Shown: positions 11,873 to 46,679, counted from the stretch's first letter. The stretch is 64,000 nucleotides of DNA from Amoebidium appalachense (GCA_963693365.1 CAVNZM010000001.1:13564418-13628417), one strand, 5' to 3'. Made by a program: numbers and translations. Notes: generated from the sequence alone by a model not told the origin.

Positions 11873-12594
11873 TGACATATACTAATCCGTCTCAGCAGAT
11901 TAGCCTAAGTCTACGATCGAGATCGGGGGGGGGGGGGGGGGGGGGGGGGGAGGTGGCCCGGGTCCACAGATCATCAAGATCAAGTCCGGGGCCTCAAGAT
12001 AGCTGTACAGCTGCGTGCATCTTGCCTCTGCCGGCGCAGGGCATTGGACCACGTCAGCCGGGACAGCCGTCCAATAGAATTCTAATTAGTGTGTAGGATA
12101 GATCGTAGGAGGACTTAGGAATGTGATTGTTCGGGCAGAAGCCCTTTTGTAAGGATTGGCAAGGTTTGATAGTATATGTTGCCAAACGTATTTATATATG
12201 TAGATGTAGAGGAAAGGGGGGGAGGGAGGGGGGGGAGGATAGTATGAAATGTAGATTTAGACTCTGCGGTGCCACTAGGGGGAGGGTGAGGGGTGAGACT
12301 TGGATAAATATATTAGTTGAGTAGATCGACTTAGCTCGTGCAGGCGCACGATAAAAGTAGATCGGAATGTTAATGGAATGTGGCATCGTAGGGGGCCAGG
12401 TGATGATGATCTTAGAGGGCACGGCCTTGATGGCCTCAGTCGTAACTTAGACTCAATCCGTACGGATCTAAGTTTGCCCGTCGGAGCCTGGTCTTAATAA
12501 ACTTTACCGTTTTTCTGTACACGTTCGTTCCTTTTCGTGTGGGTACACTTAGTAGAGTGCCGCGTCTCTAGTACACATACATTAGGATACGACA
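11873..12594 (+). repeat. 3' LTR (722 bp)
   Basis: Repeat of 99-816, preceded by the PPT and followed by TSD GACAC. Confidence 0.97.
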
Positions 12595-12599
12595 GACAC

Positions 12600-14860
12600 A
12601 CCCTAGCACCCGCCTCCCTCCCACCATGCACGAATACCTCGGCTCCTCATGATGCGCCCCGCTACCTCTGTACACACCGATTCTAATGCTGGGGATCACG
12701 AACCTTCTACCACCAATCCGTCACCTTTAACCACACATTCCCAAAGCAACAGCAACAACTTGGGTGACGCCCTCTCCACTTTGTCAAAGGCAATGGCCCT
12801 TCTAGTCAACACCCAAGCAAAAACCAGCCCCCCTGCTCCGGTCAAGTCAAATCCAGATCTCAACACAGACACCCGAAATTCCTGGATAGATAACAACGGC
12901 ACCATGTTTACCACCAAGAAACAACGTGCCCTAGGCACCAAAAACGACTACCCCGACCGCCCTTTCCTTGACCTTGACACTCTACAACTTACCCCCTGGC
13001 CATTTCCTGCAAGATAAGATGGACACTTACCAAGCCCACAATCTTCTGGACGATCGTATTTCGTACGAACGCCACGAAAACGGGGTCTCCCTCATCAGGG
13101 CCTTCGTGACGGAGGGGCCTTTCCGTGCAGCTATGGAGACGTCTAATCTCAGCCATAAAGGGTCGGCACACGAGGCAGCGGTGTTATTGAACGTTGCGGA
13201 GCTTGCAATAGATCAACTCGGACCGGCCAATATCCACACCGACTTCTTCGAAGAACTTATGGGTCCGCGACCTGGAACTACACGTACGACATGATGTCCC
13301 CTTATCGAAACTTCCCTCACCGGTGGCAAAGTTCAGCGCCACCGTAGATTCTTACTACACCGACGTGCTAAAACGCCACGCAGCCTCCAAAAAGGCACAA
13401 GCACAAGCAGCCCTCGGAAAAACCAGCCATGAAACCACCCCTCGTATACCAACCAACCAAAGCCCGGCCCGTCTCCCTGGGTCGATTATTAGCCGTTTGA
13501 TCAATGCAATTTTACCACCACCACAATTTGCACATGTGTCTATTTTTCCACTTAATTATTTTATTATTTTCTGTTTTTATAACAGCTAGTTCAAAGCGTT
13601 TTTATGAAGTGTTACTACGCGAGTTAGCCAAATTGAATATTAGCTATAGTGTTCCAAAGGCACCGTTCACCATGGCAATAAGAACTTCTTGAAACACCGA
13701 CGAACTTTCTTCCCTTTTTGTTCCACACTGTCTTCGGTAACTATGGGTTTCGTTGTGCAGTTGAGCGCCGCAGGTTATCATATAATCTTTAGCGGCCCGG
13801 TGTCCACGATATGACTCCCCATTTGAGCATACACGCTACACACACAAATATTCGATCGGTATTCCTCCCATTAATATCACGGCTGTCGCGATCGGCTATG
13901 GACGACGATATGTGGGGTCTTGTTTCCTTTCGGGTGGATCTTCCTCATGTTCACTCCAACAAAAGAAGAAAAACGCATGGGAAAATGGGTTCGTATTGAG
14001 ACTGATTCAATCGGTATGGTTTGAGACATGTATACGGCCATTCACCTGGGTGAATACTGCAGTTCCCGAGTGATGAAGGGCTCTCGGACGGCCTGGCAGT
14101 GCGGAGGTGTGTTGTGTTGTTGAAAAGCAAGTATGGTAGGTTTGGAGAGGGATTCGTGGTTTTGTACAAGCATAAGTCACATGGGTTCTATGTAAGCACA
14201 CATTTACACACACACACGCCGGCACACCCACACACACATGGATTGATCGATATAACATACACCCGGCCACGACACCATAATATTGTACACACAGACACAC
14301 GCATTTTAGGTTGAATATTCGTTTTTTTTTTTTTTTTTGGTGATAATAAAACTTCCGCACTTGTATTTTTGTTAACATTTGAGAGCAAGCCGTTAACGCA
14401 GAGGCAGAGGGATGTTTTTGCCTTGTGCATTGTTATCTCGATAGGACGGAGGGGAAGGTGAGCGTGAGGGTGTGTCGATACAGGATGTTGGAATGTGCAT
14501 GAGAATTTTGTATTGTGAACCATTTCGGGATCTATAGGTTCCGATTGGCTGACTTTTGATTTGGTAGTTCTGATTGCCTACGTGTCATAGGCATAGCTGT
14601 GGTTTAGGTACAAGAATTCCTCCCTCCAGTATATAATCTCCATTTTGGAGCCATATATATATGCATCGATATCTGGTCAGTTTGTGAGCTGAATAGGCGT
14701 GGTAATAGCGAAGACTGTACTAGGAAACGTGGATTGGGTTTTTAGGTGTGTCGTTTTGCTTTGGCGACACATAGCCCTTTGCCAGTTGTCTTAGACGGTT
14801 CCCTTTCGTAATTTGCCCACCCTGCCCACCCTACTGGCTAGGAGGGATATGTGGTCACGT
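12600..14860 (+). pseudogene. Decayed element interrupted by the chromovirus (continues from 1-98); possibly DIRS-like
   Basis: The reading frame at 1-98 continues across the TSD (KPVTKT|HPSTRLPP). Broken gag-like frames at 12649-13500. Weak RNase-H-like GKWVRIETDS near 13980 and recombinase-like YLDRT / GIYRFRL near 14435-14550. Confidence 0.3.
14164..14429. repeat. ~250-265-bp interspersed repeat, copy 1 (MITE-like)
   Basis: GTACAAGCATAAG...GCCTTGTGCA recurs at 14859-15107 with different flanks. Ends are imperfectly inverted. Confidence 0.8.
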
Positions 14861-15107
14861 ACAAGCATAAGTCACATGGGTTCTATGTAAGCACACATTT
14901 ACACACACACACGCCGGCACACCCACACACACATGGATATAACATACACCCACGACACCATAATATTATACACACAGACACACAAATTTTAGGTTGAATA
15001 TTCGTTTGTTTTTTTTTTGATGATAATAAACTTCCACACTTGTATTTTTGTGACCACTGAGATCGAGCCGTTAACGCAGAGGCAGAGGGATGTTTTTGCC
15101 TTGTGCA
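14859..15107. repeat. ~250-265-bp interspersed repeat, copy 2
   Basis: Diverged direct repeat of 14164-14429 with the same boundaries. Confidence 0.8.
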
Positions 15108-15985
15108 GCTGTAGCGCAGCAGCTGGCAAGATAAAAACGTTTTCGCTTTGACAGAGCCAAAGTCATGGGCATGGCCGCCGGCCACAAAGCATACTATATA
15201 AGTAGCTGCAGCCTAGGAAAAAGAAGTTTTCTCTGTTGGTTTTATCAGTTTAGGTTTTGCCGAAGCTATATTTATTGAGCTGCTATTTGCTATTCGCACC
15301 GATATTCAACAAGGTCAACGGAATGCAGAGATGCATTCCTGCGCAATAAAATGGAACAACCCTATGTTTCATGGTGCGGGTCGGGTTCTCTTCGGTCGCT
15401 CGAGCCCCTGAACTGGAAGCCAACGTAATATAAAACAAAATACCCACGAAAGAAAAACAACATATACATGATTTTTTTAGAATTCAACTGTGATTTAAAT
15501 ATATTTCTGTAAATATCCATTTACTTACCTGCCCTTTTTTCCTTCTTGGGACGCAAACTTTAGTCCAGTAGTATCTTTCGGTCTGGACCGGTTCGATACC
15601 ACTTGGGTCGGAGTTCCGAACACCCCCAACAAACTTGGACTCTGCCACTCTGGCTGAGCTCGAGTGGGCCGCTCGAGCTCCCACGTATATGCACACTCCG
15701 CACACCCGGCGGCGGCGTACACTAACAAACCAAAACAAAACAAGGCATACAGTTAGTACTTGCGCGCACACACGTCTGCAGAAAAGAAGGGGCATGATAT
15801 AGACCACCCGTAACGTGGTGTAGTAAGCAAGCGGGAGCGTTGCAGGTATTGGTGCAGTGTAAAGTAACATCAGGCTGCCTACAATCTATAATCGTGTAAT
15901 CCTTTCGCAATACTGACCTATTACGGTACACACGCCTACATACAAACACACACACACAAGAGAGACTAGAACACAACTCATCACC

Positions 15986-22201
<6,216 letters not shown>

Positions 22202-22641
22202 CGCGTTTGTGGTCTGTGTGTGTGTGTGGAGGGGATGGGGGGAGGGGGAGGGGGGGGGGGGGGAGGGGGGGGGGGGGGGGGGTCGCGTGTGGGAGGGTGG
22301 GTGTATGTATGTGTGTCTGTGCGTGTGTATGTGTGTGTGTGGAATTGTCGTGGGTGTGAATAGTTCGATTTGATAGTGTTGAGGTTATAAATGGAACCTC
22401 TTAGAATGTACACTACACCAAGCATGCACGAAACGTCTTCCGTGTACACTAAATATATAGAGACACAACTAACACAGTGTCGCTGTAGGACATGCACACA
22501 CTTTGATTTAATGGTAAACGGGCGCATATGCATGTTAATTAAACTACCTTATAATTGTCATACGGGTACTGTAACATAATCATCTGTGTTTTATGATTTA
22601 AAGGTACCTATACATGTACCAAGAAATATTCTCCGTACACT

Positions 22642-22705
<64 letters not shown>
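22642..22705. repeat. 64-nt poly-G tract, among the longest of very many G/C homopolymers
   Basis: Direct read. Confidence 0.95.
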
Positions 22706-22706
<1 letters not shown>

Positions 22707-24471
22707 CGTGTATTTGATTTGTCAATCATATTTCTTGCGGTTGCTGGTGCCTATGCTGTAGCCGTGGCCCAGAGGGGTTAAATATGGCTTAGTCCACAAC
22801 TAGCATCATACATGTGCATGTGTAATATTAATGACTCACCACTAATGGCACTGATGGACACATCAAATGAAATGGTCCGTTAATTTTGGACCGTTTATAT
22901 AATTACCTCCTCTGAATAAATATTGAGTTCCAATAGTGTATCCGGGGGGTCAATGCACATTGGTCACAAGTTGGTAGCCGCTCGCGCCGGCCAATTATTA
23001 TACTTGAAGGCCAACATGTGCACCACAGCCTTTTCTATAAAAGGTGTAACAGTAAGCTCGAAACCAGCAATATACCAGCGCAATCCAGCCCGGAAACGTA
23101 TCATATGCATGTGAATGTAGGCTTCCCGTGTTAAATCTTGTTGAAACAATGGGCGGGTGCACGTGGCCTTGGCTGAGCCTATGATGGGGCCAGCATGCAT
23201 ATGCGCAGGTTTTGAACGTCCGAACCTGTACGTGGGCCATGGTGGGAGGTGCCGCTACGTGTAAGAGTGGTGGTGGAACGTTGGAGACCGATCGGGTTGA
23301 GGGGAAAAAGAGAAATACAGAGTGTTTTTTATAAGGATGAATATGATTATGAATGTGTGATGATGTGATGATGTGTGGTTTGGCAATGCCGACAAGAACG
23401 GTTCAGCACAGTCTGTGTGTCCACGTAAGGTTGAACGTGTTCTTGACTTGTTGTTAATCGACGGGAGAGCCGGTCTGAGGGAGTGAGGGTGGGGGGGGGG
23501 CCGGGGGGGGGGGAGGGAGGGGGAGGGGGGAGAGGGGTTGGATATAGCTCTGGGATGTGCAGAAATGTACGAAGTGGCTGACGACGCGTCTTCAATATTT
23601 TACCTGTCACTAAAATTGAGCCACTGCTGCAATCTTCTTTTACGCTCTCAGGTCACATGGTATGTTATAAATCGGTATTCCACCACTGCACAGTGTGCCT
23701 ATAGAAGACACCGGGTCGCACTCTGCCAGTAAATGTTGCAGGTACGTGCTGGTTTGCAAGCCAACTGTTTGCCTTTGCATTTTGGCGTGAATTTGAACAG
23801 CGCTAGCACGTGAGTAATTTGGAGAGAGGGTGAGTGGGCGGTCGCAGAACCAGACTAAATTAAATCTCAGTAGTGATAAATATTATTATTAAATCACTGA
23901 CTATGATATCAAATTAGGCTATAGTAGGACCCAGTAATCAAATCAAAATGTTGGTTTGGATGGCAGCAATGCCGAGGTGATGATTAATCCGACCGCATAT
24001 AGAGGGGCTATTAAGTTTCGAAAGGTTTTCAAGTTTTTTTTTTTTTTTTTGTTGGTTTGGTTGGTTGGGTGGGTGGGGGTGGGGGTGGGGTGACCTCGAG
24101 AGAGAGGAAGGGGGGGGGGGGGGGGGGGAGGGGGGGGAGGGGATCGGGGGAGAGGGGGGGGGGGGGGGGGAGGGGGGAGGAGGAAAAGGGGGGGGGGGGA
24201 GGTGGGCCGGGGATGAAGCGCTGCGTATACCTGCAGACATGTGCATGGTAAAGTGCCCATCCTTTAAAGTTCTGAGTTTTTATACAGAGTCCTACGACCC
24301 CCTCCGCAGGCCTGCCCCTCCTCAGATGTATACTGATGCTATTCTGAATTTTGTTTAAGTGAGGAAAAATCTTCTCGGAGATTGCCCTCCCCCCTCCCCC
24401 CTCCTTCACCCCCCCCCCCTTCCCCCCACACAAAAAAAAGAAAAACTTCATGCGCACACATACACACACGT

Positions 24472-24512
<41 letters not shown>

Positions 24513-24513
24513 G

Positions 24514-24544
<31 letters not shown>

Positions 24545-24603
24545 GCATACACACACACGCATCTGCACACACGCACACGCACACACGCACACACGCACAC
24601 ACG

Positions 24604-24634
<31 letters not shown>

Positions 24635-24836
24635 CGTGTACACACACACACTCATGCACACGCGCGCGCATGCACACGCGCGGCTCGCGCATCGTGCCAC
24701 TAATATAATGCACACAATATTGTTAGTCTCCAAGCTGGCGCCAGGATTAATATTTAAAGTGATAAAATATATCTCACCATAAATCATGATCTTGTAACCA
24801 AAACTTTCCGTGAAAGTTCCAAGCCCCCCCCCCCCC

Positions 24837-24949
<113 letters not shown>

Positions 24950-24957
24950 GTGTGTGT

Positions 24958-25000
24958 CAAGGCCTCCTATATACTAACAGTTAGTATATAGGAGGCCTTG
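24958..25000. mobile_element. 43-bp perfect palindrome with 8-bp flanking duplication (hAT-like micro-MITE)
   Basis: CAAGGCCTCCTATATACTAAC-A-GTTAGTATATAGGAGGCCTTG (21-bp arms) with GTGTGTGT on both sides. Confidence 0.6.
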
Positions 25001-25185
25001 GTGTGTGTCCCTGTGCAGGAATGCCTTGGCATGGATACGGATCCGAGGGAAACAACCCCCCGCCACCCCCTCCCGCCCGGTGCACGTGTGTGTAAATGTG
25101 CGCATATGGTGCGTATACTTCGTGTGGACATTGGTGTACGTGTGTGGTGTTGTGTGTGTGTGTGCGACATGCACATTTTTTTTTT

Positions 25186-25216
<31 letters not shown>

Positions 25217-26351
25217 GGTTGGTAGGATAAGTGGTCATTACAGGGATAGGCCGAATATAAGATAACGTGGATTTTGTCCGCAGCCAGCTAGAAGCTTTGA
25301 ATACATATTAACTAGAATGCAGATTTCCCACGTACAAGGAAAAGAGAAAGCTCGTTGTCAATTCTGAAAACAGGCACACCTGCGTGGTGTGAGGGATCTC
25401 TCTGAGGGGTTGGACTTCAGAGCGGGTAGGTGGCCTGTGTGGGGGGAGGGGAGGGGGGGTAAGGAGGAATTGGGCTGGAATGCCCTTTGAGAAGGAACAA
25501 CTGATTGTGACATATCAGTTGGAGTGCAAAGGAAACGAAGGATGTTGCACAGCACACACGTACACGTACGTGATCATCTGAGTGGCGCTAATATTAGCTA
25601 CTCTCGTATTGGCTTGTACCCGCTAGCTGACGTAATTACATATAGGCCGAATTATAATTATGCTACGCTGCGGCCACAAGCAAGGCCTAGGTATAACTGA
25701 AGCAGGGGAGAAAGGAGAAGGAACGGGTGGCTGGCAACACCCTTGTGACGCCATGCGAAACCCGTCCCAGTGGACCATCCCTGAAGTCTGTGCCCATTTT
25801 ATAGCTCACACCCGGAGATTACACAGGAGACGACGTGACGCGGTTAGCGCTTGAGGCTGAACGTCCATCACAGGGTTCTAAAGAAGAGTCGGTTTATTAT
25901 TATACTTCACAACCATGTGACCCATGGCTCGATAGAACACAACAAAAAAAAGTCGACTTATTAGGTCTACAGGCATATCGGCCGGGGGCCCCCGACCCGC
26001 TATGTTGTTAAGTTACTACCGTAATATACTTAAACTTTCTATGTTGAGAAAAGTGATTGATATTTTAGTTACCCACTTGCCAGAAAAAGGCATAATGCAT
26101 TATGTACACGTGGATACACCCAGCTAATATTACTGGTGCCCCGCCATGCCCCAAAAAGTCCCTCCCCAAATTCCTAAAAGCTGCATTCATGGTTAGGAAC
26201 CAGGAACCCCCTAGGCCGCAATGTGAGCCAAACTTCAATGCTTCCCATGATGATATTTGTTTTTGCACCGCCTACTCTTTGCACTGCATCTCACAGGGTA
26301 CCTCTTGCCCGGCACCACGGGTACTAGTTGCACATCATTCCTGGCAATTAA

Positions 26352-27071
26352 TTACTGGCCGTTGTTGACGAGGTCTGCCAGGTCATCGGCCACAGGGACA
26401 TCCTCTGCCCCCAAGTCAACAACCGGGACCGAATCTACATCAGGGGCGCCCGCGCCGGACGCACCGCCGTCGTCCTCGACAGACGATGCCAAAGGAGGCG
26501 GCGGTGCCTGGTAGTTTGCCGTGGGCTGGGGGCGGTACGTGGGCACGGTGTCACCGCACACGTTGTACGTGCCCCTCCTGTTTCCGCTATCGCACACATT
26601 CTCGTTCTTTTTGGGATTCTGGCACCACCAGTTACCGTCGCCGCAGCACTTGCCGTACAGCCCCTTCGGGCAGGGCTCGACGGGCATAGGCTGGCAGCAC
26701 TTCAGCGGGTTGGGCAACCCCACGAGCGGGGCAGAAACAAGACGGATGTCAATACCGGTTGGAGGCGCTGCGTCCAGGAGCGGGGCAGAAGCCAGACTGT
26801 TGTCAGTACCGGTTGGAGGCGCTGCGACGACCCGGAGCGGGACCGCATCGTCTACGACGGGTAGAGGGGCCGCATCGTCTACGACGGGTAGAGGGGCTGC
26901 GAGATCGAGATCGGGAGATGCGAGGCCGGCGACCATGGGCGTGAACCCGCCATCGAGAGAATCGGCCAAGTCGGCAGAGTCCAATTCGGGTGCAACATCG
27001 TCAACAACAGGCGTATCCTGAGCATATGCGAGTGCCAGAACGGCAGAGACAAAAGCGAGGGTGAGGCGCAT
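26352..27071 (-). CDS. Intronless secreted protein (239 aa): acidic AAPLPVVDD repeats and an 8-Cys module
   Basis: Signal peptide MRLTLAFVSAVLALAYA; internal repeats; CCQPMPVEPC...CCGDGNWWC...C...C; GC-rich, coding-like composition. Confidence 0.85.
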   Translation of the reverse strand: MRLTLAFVSAVLALAYAQDTPVVDDVAPELDSADLADSLDGGFTPMVAGLASPDLDLAAPLPVVDDAAPLPVVDDAVPLRVVAAPPTGTDNSLASAPLLDAAPPTGIDIRLVSAPLVGLPNPLKCCQPMPVEPCPKGLYGKCCGDGNWWCQNPKKNENVCDSGNRRGTYNVCGDTVPTYRPQPTANYQAPPPPLASSVEDDGGASGAGAPDVDSVPVVDLGAEDVPVADDLADLVNNGQ

Positions 27072-28101
27072 GTTGCCTGTTTGGAAAGTGTAGAAGGTGT
27101 GGAGCTGTTGTGTGTGGGGGGAACTAATGGAACAAAGCTTACTGCCCGACAGTTGTTTGTGTTGGCGAGGTGTAGGTATGTTCAGACTTGGCCGAAGGCA
27201 GAGTGCAGGCTGGGGTAGTTGCAACACAACAAAACATAATGGCGGCGAAAAGCCTCGATCGCAGAAAAGCGCCAGCTACGAGGAATAATGTTTCCGAGGA
27301 TATTTTGATTCATCGTGTGAAGCGAATGATGCCATCCGGAAATGACAAAGAGCAAAAAAGCATGCAGAACAATTATTATTTAGGAGAATCTAAAATTACA
27401 TAACTAGATTCATTAATTTATTTCTATAAATGCCTTTTTCAGCAGAGCTACATCCGCTAATATTATGCCCTGTCGACCTCTGTTCCGTTTCTTTCTTCCT
27501 CGTAAAAATCATGTTCACCGCTTACTGCATTCCATTCTTATGTAAGGCAAGATGATTGGCTCAGGTACTTTCACTAGCATACCAAGAAGACTGCGAGCCA
27601 ATCGGAGATTGCGAATGTAATAAAACAGAGATGCAAGAAATATTGTGGAAAGATCCATATACACTGTAAAAGGATGAAAAATCAAAACAAGTCCAAGAAA
27701 TCGAAAAACAAACTCTGCAAATGCTTTTCTGGCTTCCGAAGTTTTGACTTTGATCTCAACAACATTGTTAATTTTTTTCATTTATCCTTTATAGAATTAA
27801 TATTTAGACCTGCAAATATTATATGTAAATATGGGTACCACTACTGCTATATGCAAATGCGAGGAGTCCTTCCTCCTCGGAACACCGAAAATTTAACCCA
27901 TTGCATTGGCTGGAACCCCAAAATTAAAGAAGTTCACGATTACCGTGATCGATAAAACCGGCATTCTCCTGGACTGCCCGTAAAATTGATTTGCGCTCCG
28001 CCAGAAAGGCTTGCGCCTTCATGGCAGTGGACCAGTGTCCTTGCACAACGACGAGCTTTTTTCTATGCCGTGTTTCCTAAGTACATATAAATACATGTAT
28101 A

Positions 28102-43808
<15,707 letters not shown>

Positions 43809-44890
43809 GGCTGGTGAATACTGATGCACGTGCACACACACACAGGCGCACACAGGCACACACACAAACAAGCACACAAGCACACGGGCACAACCGCAGG
43901 CAGGCACACGGGCACACAGGCACATGGGCACAAATATGCACAAGCACACAGCCTGAGACACACAGGCACACACATGCTCACCGGCAAAGGAAGAACACAG
44001 ACACACTCAGCCACACAGACACACCCACGCACAAGCAGGCACGCACACACTCACACACACCGTCACATACACACATGGCACACACACGCATACACACACA
44101 CACAGACGCACAGGCACACAGACACACTAGGCACTCAGGCATACACACACTGCAGCTGTGATATGATAGGTTACTGCATGAGAAATGTTTCCCGTTAATG
44201 TATTCATGTGGAGCATACGTGCAAGCACACATACACAAACAAACATTGTAAAAATTGATGTAAATAACGATGTTGGTTTGTTCATATATACATCGAATGG
44301 CATTGTAAATATCTGACATGGATGCACCCATAGCTATAGAACAGTTCAACCATCCAACGACTGAGACCAGCACACAGCCTGGTACATTGAGTTATATAGG
44401 CATTTAAATTTATTGTTAAATCAAATTTAAAATGTACCTGTTGTCCCGTGTCGAAAGCGCGCAGTCACTAACATATGTGCATGTGCACATAGAGTTTTAC
44501 CGATGCACGTCAGCGCACGTAACTCATGATTACAATCATGTGGGGGGGGTGTGCGTATTTCGAATGTGTTGGGTGTGTGCACGTGAGGTGTGTTGGTGTG
44601 CATTTATTAGTTAATATTTTAAATGACGTGGAAGCGTGCACGTGAACATAGTTGTATTGTGACATGGTCTATAGTAGTAGAGTAAAAGAATCAGTGCTGG
44701 GGCCACATGCCTACAACATATCTCACATATGTGCTTATGTTGATTAGTAACTGTACGTAGCCTAACAGGAAGGGGGTGTGCTGTCTAGGGGGCTAGGAAG
44801 GAAGGTTTGCGCATGTAGGCCAATGACGCTGGTCGTTGTAGTTGGCAGCAGGGGCCCCAAAGTTGTGTGTGTGTGTATGTGTGTGTGTGT

Positions 44891-44927
<37 letters not shown>

Positions 44928-45044
44928 GAATGCGTCACAAAGTACAAAGTACACATGACCAACGGATAACACGATGCAGAATGCAAACCATACATAAAGA
45001 GTATGCATAATAAGCAGACCCCATCCTCAGGGGGTGCACGGTGT

Positions 45045-45075
<31 letters not shown>

Positions 45076-45701
45076 GAGGGGGGGGGGGGGGGGAGGGTAA
45101 ATATGGATATTGAAGGCTGGGAGGGGGGAGGGGGGGGGGGGAGAGGGGGGGGGAGAAGGGGGGATGAGCCACGGGCATTTCTACAAGCAGCATTGGATAT
45201 TTTCATGCCAGGATCCATTGAGTAATCCATAAATCCTGACAGTGTTTATATGTGCTAACTTGTCCTGAAAGTTTTGCGATGGCTGTGACTGCGACGGGGC
45301 ACTGTACATTGTATAAACAAATGGAATTTCGACGAAACAAACGTTTCGATTCCGGTCAAATGCTAAAACACTTACATGCTCTTATAAAAAAGAAACGCAA
45401 GAAACAAAAACAGAATTAACGGATATCTATTTCAGTAGCCAACGTATACGTAGCAAACGAATTTTCATATACGGCAATTCCCACCAATTTCAGAAATGCA
45501 AAGCACAGCCAATCACCACTCACGAGCTTATACTGTAATGTGAACTCACCCACGCAACCAATCTAGCATGATCGGCTCCTCACATAACGGCAGCTAGGCA
45601 GCAAGGCACAAACATCCACTCCCCACCCCTCCTGTCACACACAGCCCCCCCCCCCCCCTCCCCCGCACGCAAAAAAAAAAAAAAAAAAAAGAACCCCCCC
45701 C

Positions 45702-45732
<31 letters not shown>

Positions 45733-45841
45733 ACACATACCCCACCACCGCCACCACCAAGTCACCACCCTACCGCCCAGCCCACCTCCGCAATCCCACA
45801 CCTACACACCCACCCACCCACCCACCCACCCACACACACAT

Positions 45842-46561
45842 TCACGCCAACTCAGCACACTTTCTCGGCGCCTCCAAGCACACGTACCAATCCCCCGTCC
45901 AGCACTTAGTCTGAAAGCTTCCAGGACACGGGCAGTCCTTCGGGTTCAGCGCACACACACGCGTACGCGGACACTCATATACACATTCGCCCCCCTCTTT
46001 TCCCCCTCTTCCGCTCCCCCCTCGCTCATCCCCGCCCATCCCCTCCTCCTCCCTCTCTCCCTCCTCTTCCTCCTCCTCCCATACTCTTCCGCCTCTTCCC
46101 CCCCATTGCCTGTTGAACTCTTCTTGTTGCTGTTGTTGTTGTTGACGAAATCTCTGTCTGTTGTAGCTTTCTTCCTGTCTTTGCTGGAACATTCTCCTTG
46201 CGTAATCCTCCGGGTAAAAGATCCGATCAACCTGATCTACGATCCAAATTTCGGCCTCCTGCGTGTACCCGTACTGCCTGAGCCCGTAGTACGACCCGAT
46301 CAGGATCGCAAACATAAGGAGCGACGCGAAAATTCCAGCCTGGATCGCTTCCCACCAATCGAAATCGACGTCCGAGTCCCGCGCCGTCGTTCTATTGGGC
46401 GGTTGTTGCGCATGCGGTTGATTCGATTGGCTTCCCGTGCTGTTCTTGGCTCTGATTGCGGACGGCGAAGTGATTTCGGTTTTGCTTTTCGGCTTGGAGG
46501 TGGTGTTGCGACTTCGGATCTCGCTTTCGCCAGAACTATTGCTGCCCTTTTTCTGCCCCAT
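45842..46561 (-). CDS. Single-pass membrane protein with a C-terminal LCL2-like Cys-rich domain (239 aa)
   Basis: TM segment AGIFASLLMFAILIGSYYGL; CVYECPRTRVCALNPKDCPCP...QTKC...WYVC resembles the fungal Lcl2 motif. In-frame stop upstream of the ATG. Confidence 0.75.
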   Translation of the reverse strand: MGQKKGSNSSGESEIRSRNTTSKPKSKTEITSPSAIRAKNSTGSQSNQPHAQQPPNRTTARDSDVDFDWWEAIQAGIFASLLMFAILIGSYYGLRQYGYTQEAEIWIVDQVDRIFYPEDYARRMFQQRQEESYNRQRFRQQQQQQQEEFNRQWGGRGGRVWEEEEEEGEREEEGMGGDERGGSGRGGKEGGECVYECPRTRVCALNPKDCPCPGSFQTKCWTGDWYVCLEAPRKCAELA

Positions 46562-46679
46562 TTTCGCTCTTTTTTAACGAAAACGGGAAACACGAACCTG
46601 TAGAATATTTATGGTGTGATATATTAGCTATGTGCTAAACCCAAAAAAAGAGGGGGGGGAGGGGGGGGGGGGGGGGGGG

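Larger units (their letters stand above)
99..12594 (+). mobile_element. Ty3/Gypsy chromovirus-type LTR retrotransposon, full length, with nested insertion(s)
   Basis: Paired TG...CA LTRs at 99-816 and 11873-12594. 5-bp TSD GACAC at 94-98 and 12595-12599. G-rich PPT at 11854-11871. Order gag-PR-RT-RH-IN-chromodomain. Confidence 0.97.

Noticed and set aside
15560-15600. A-box and B-box (GGTTCGATACC) suggesting a tRNA
   Set aside because: The boxes are too close together and no cloverleaf forms.
15656-15680. 25-bp near-palindrome upstream of the 7TM-RGS gene
   Set aside because: Single GC-rich instance with no supporting context.
23473-23545. Second possible AT-AC intron on the minus strand (ATATCCAA...CCCTCAC...AC)
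   Set aside because: No recognisable protein in the flanks; ATATCC is expected many times by chance in 64 kb.
27515-27781. 88-aa hydrophobic ORF between the secreted gene and UBOX5
   Set aside because: Short and AT-rich, with no motif or splice support.
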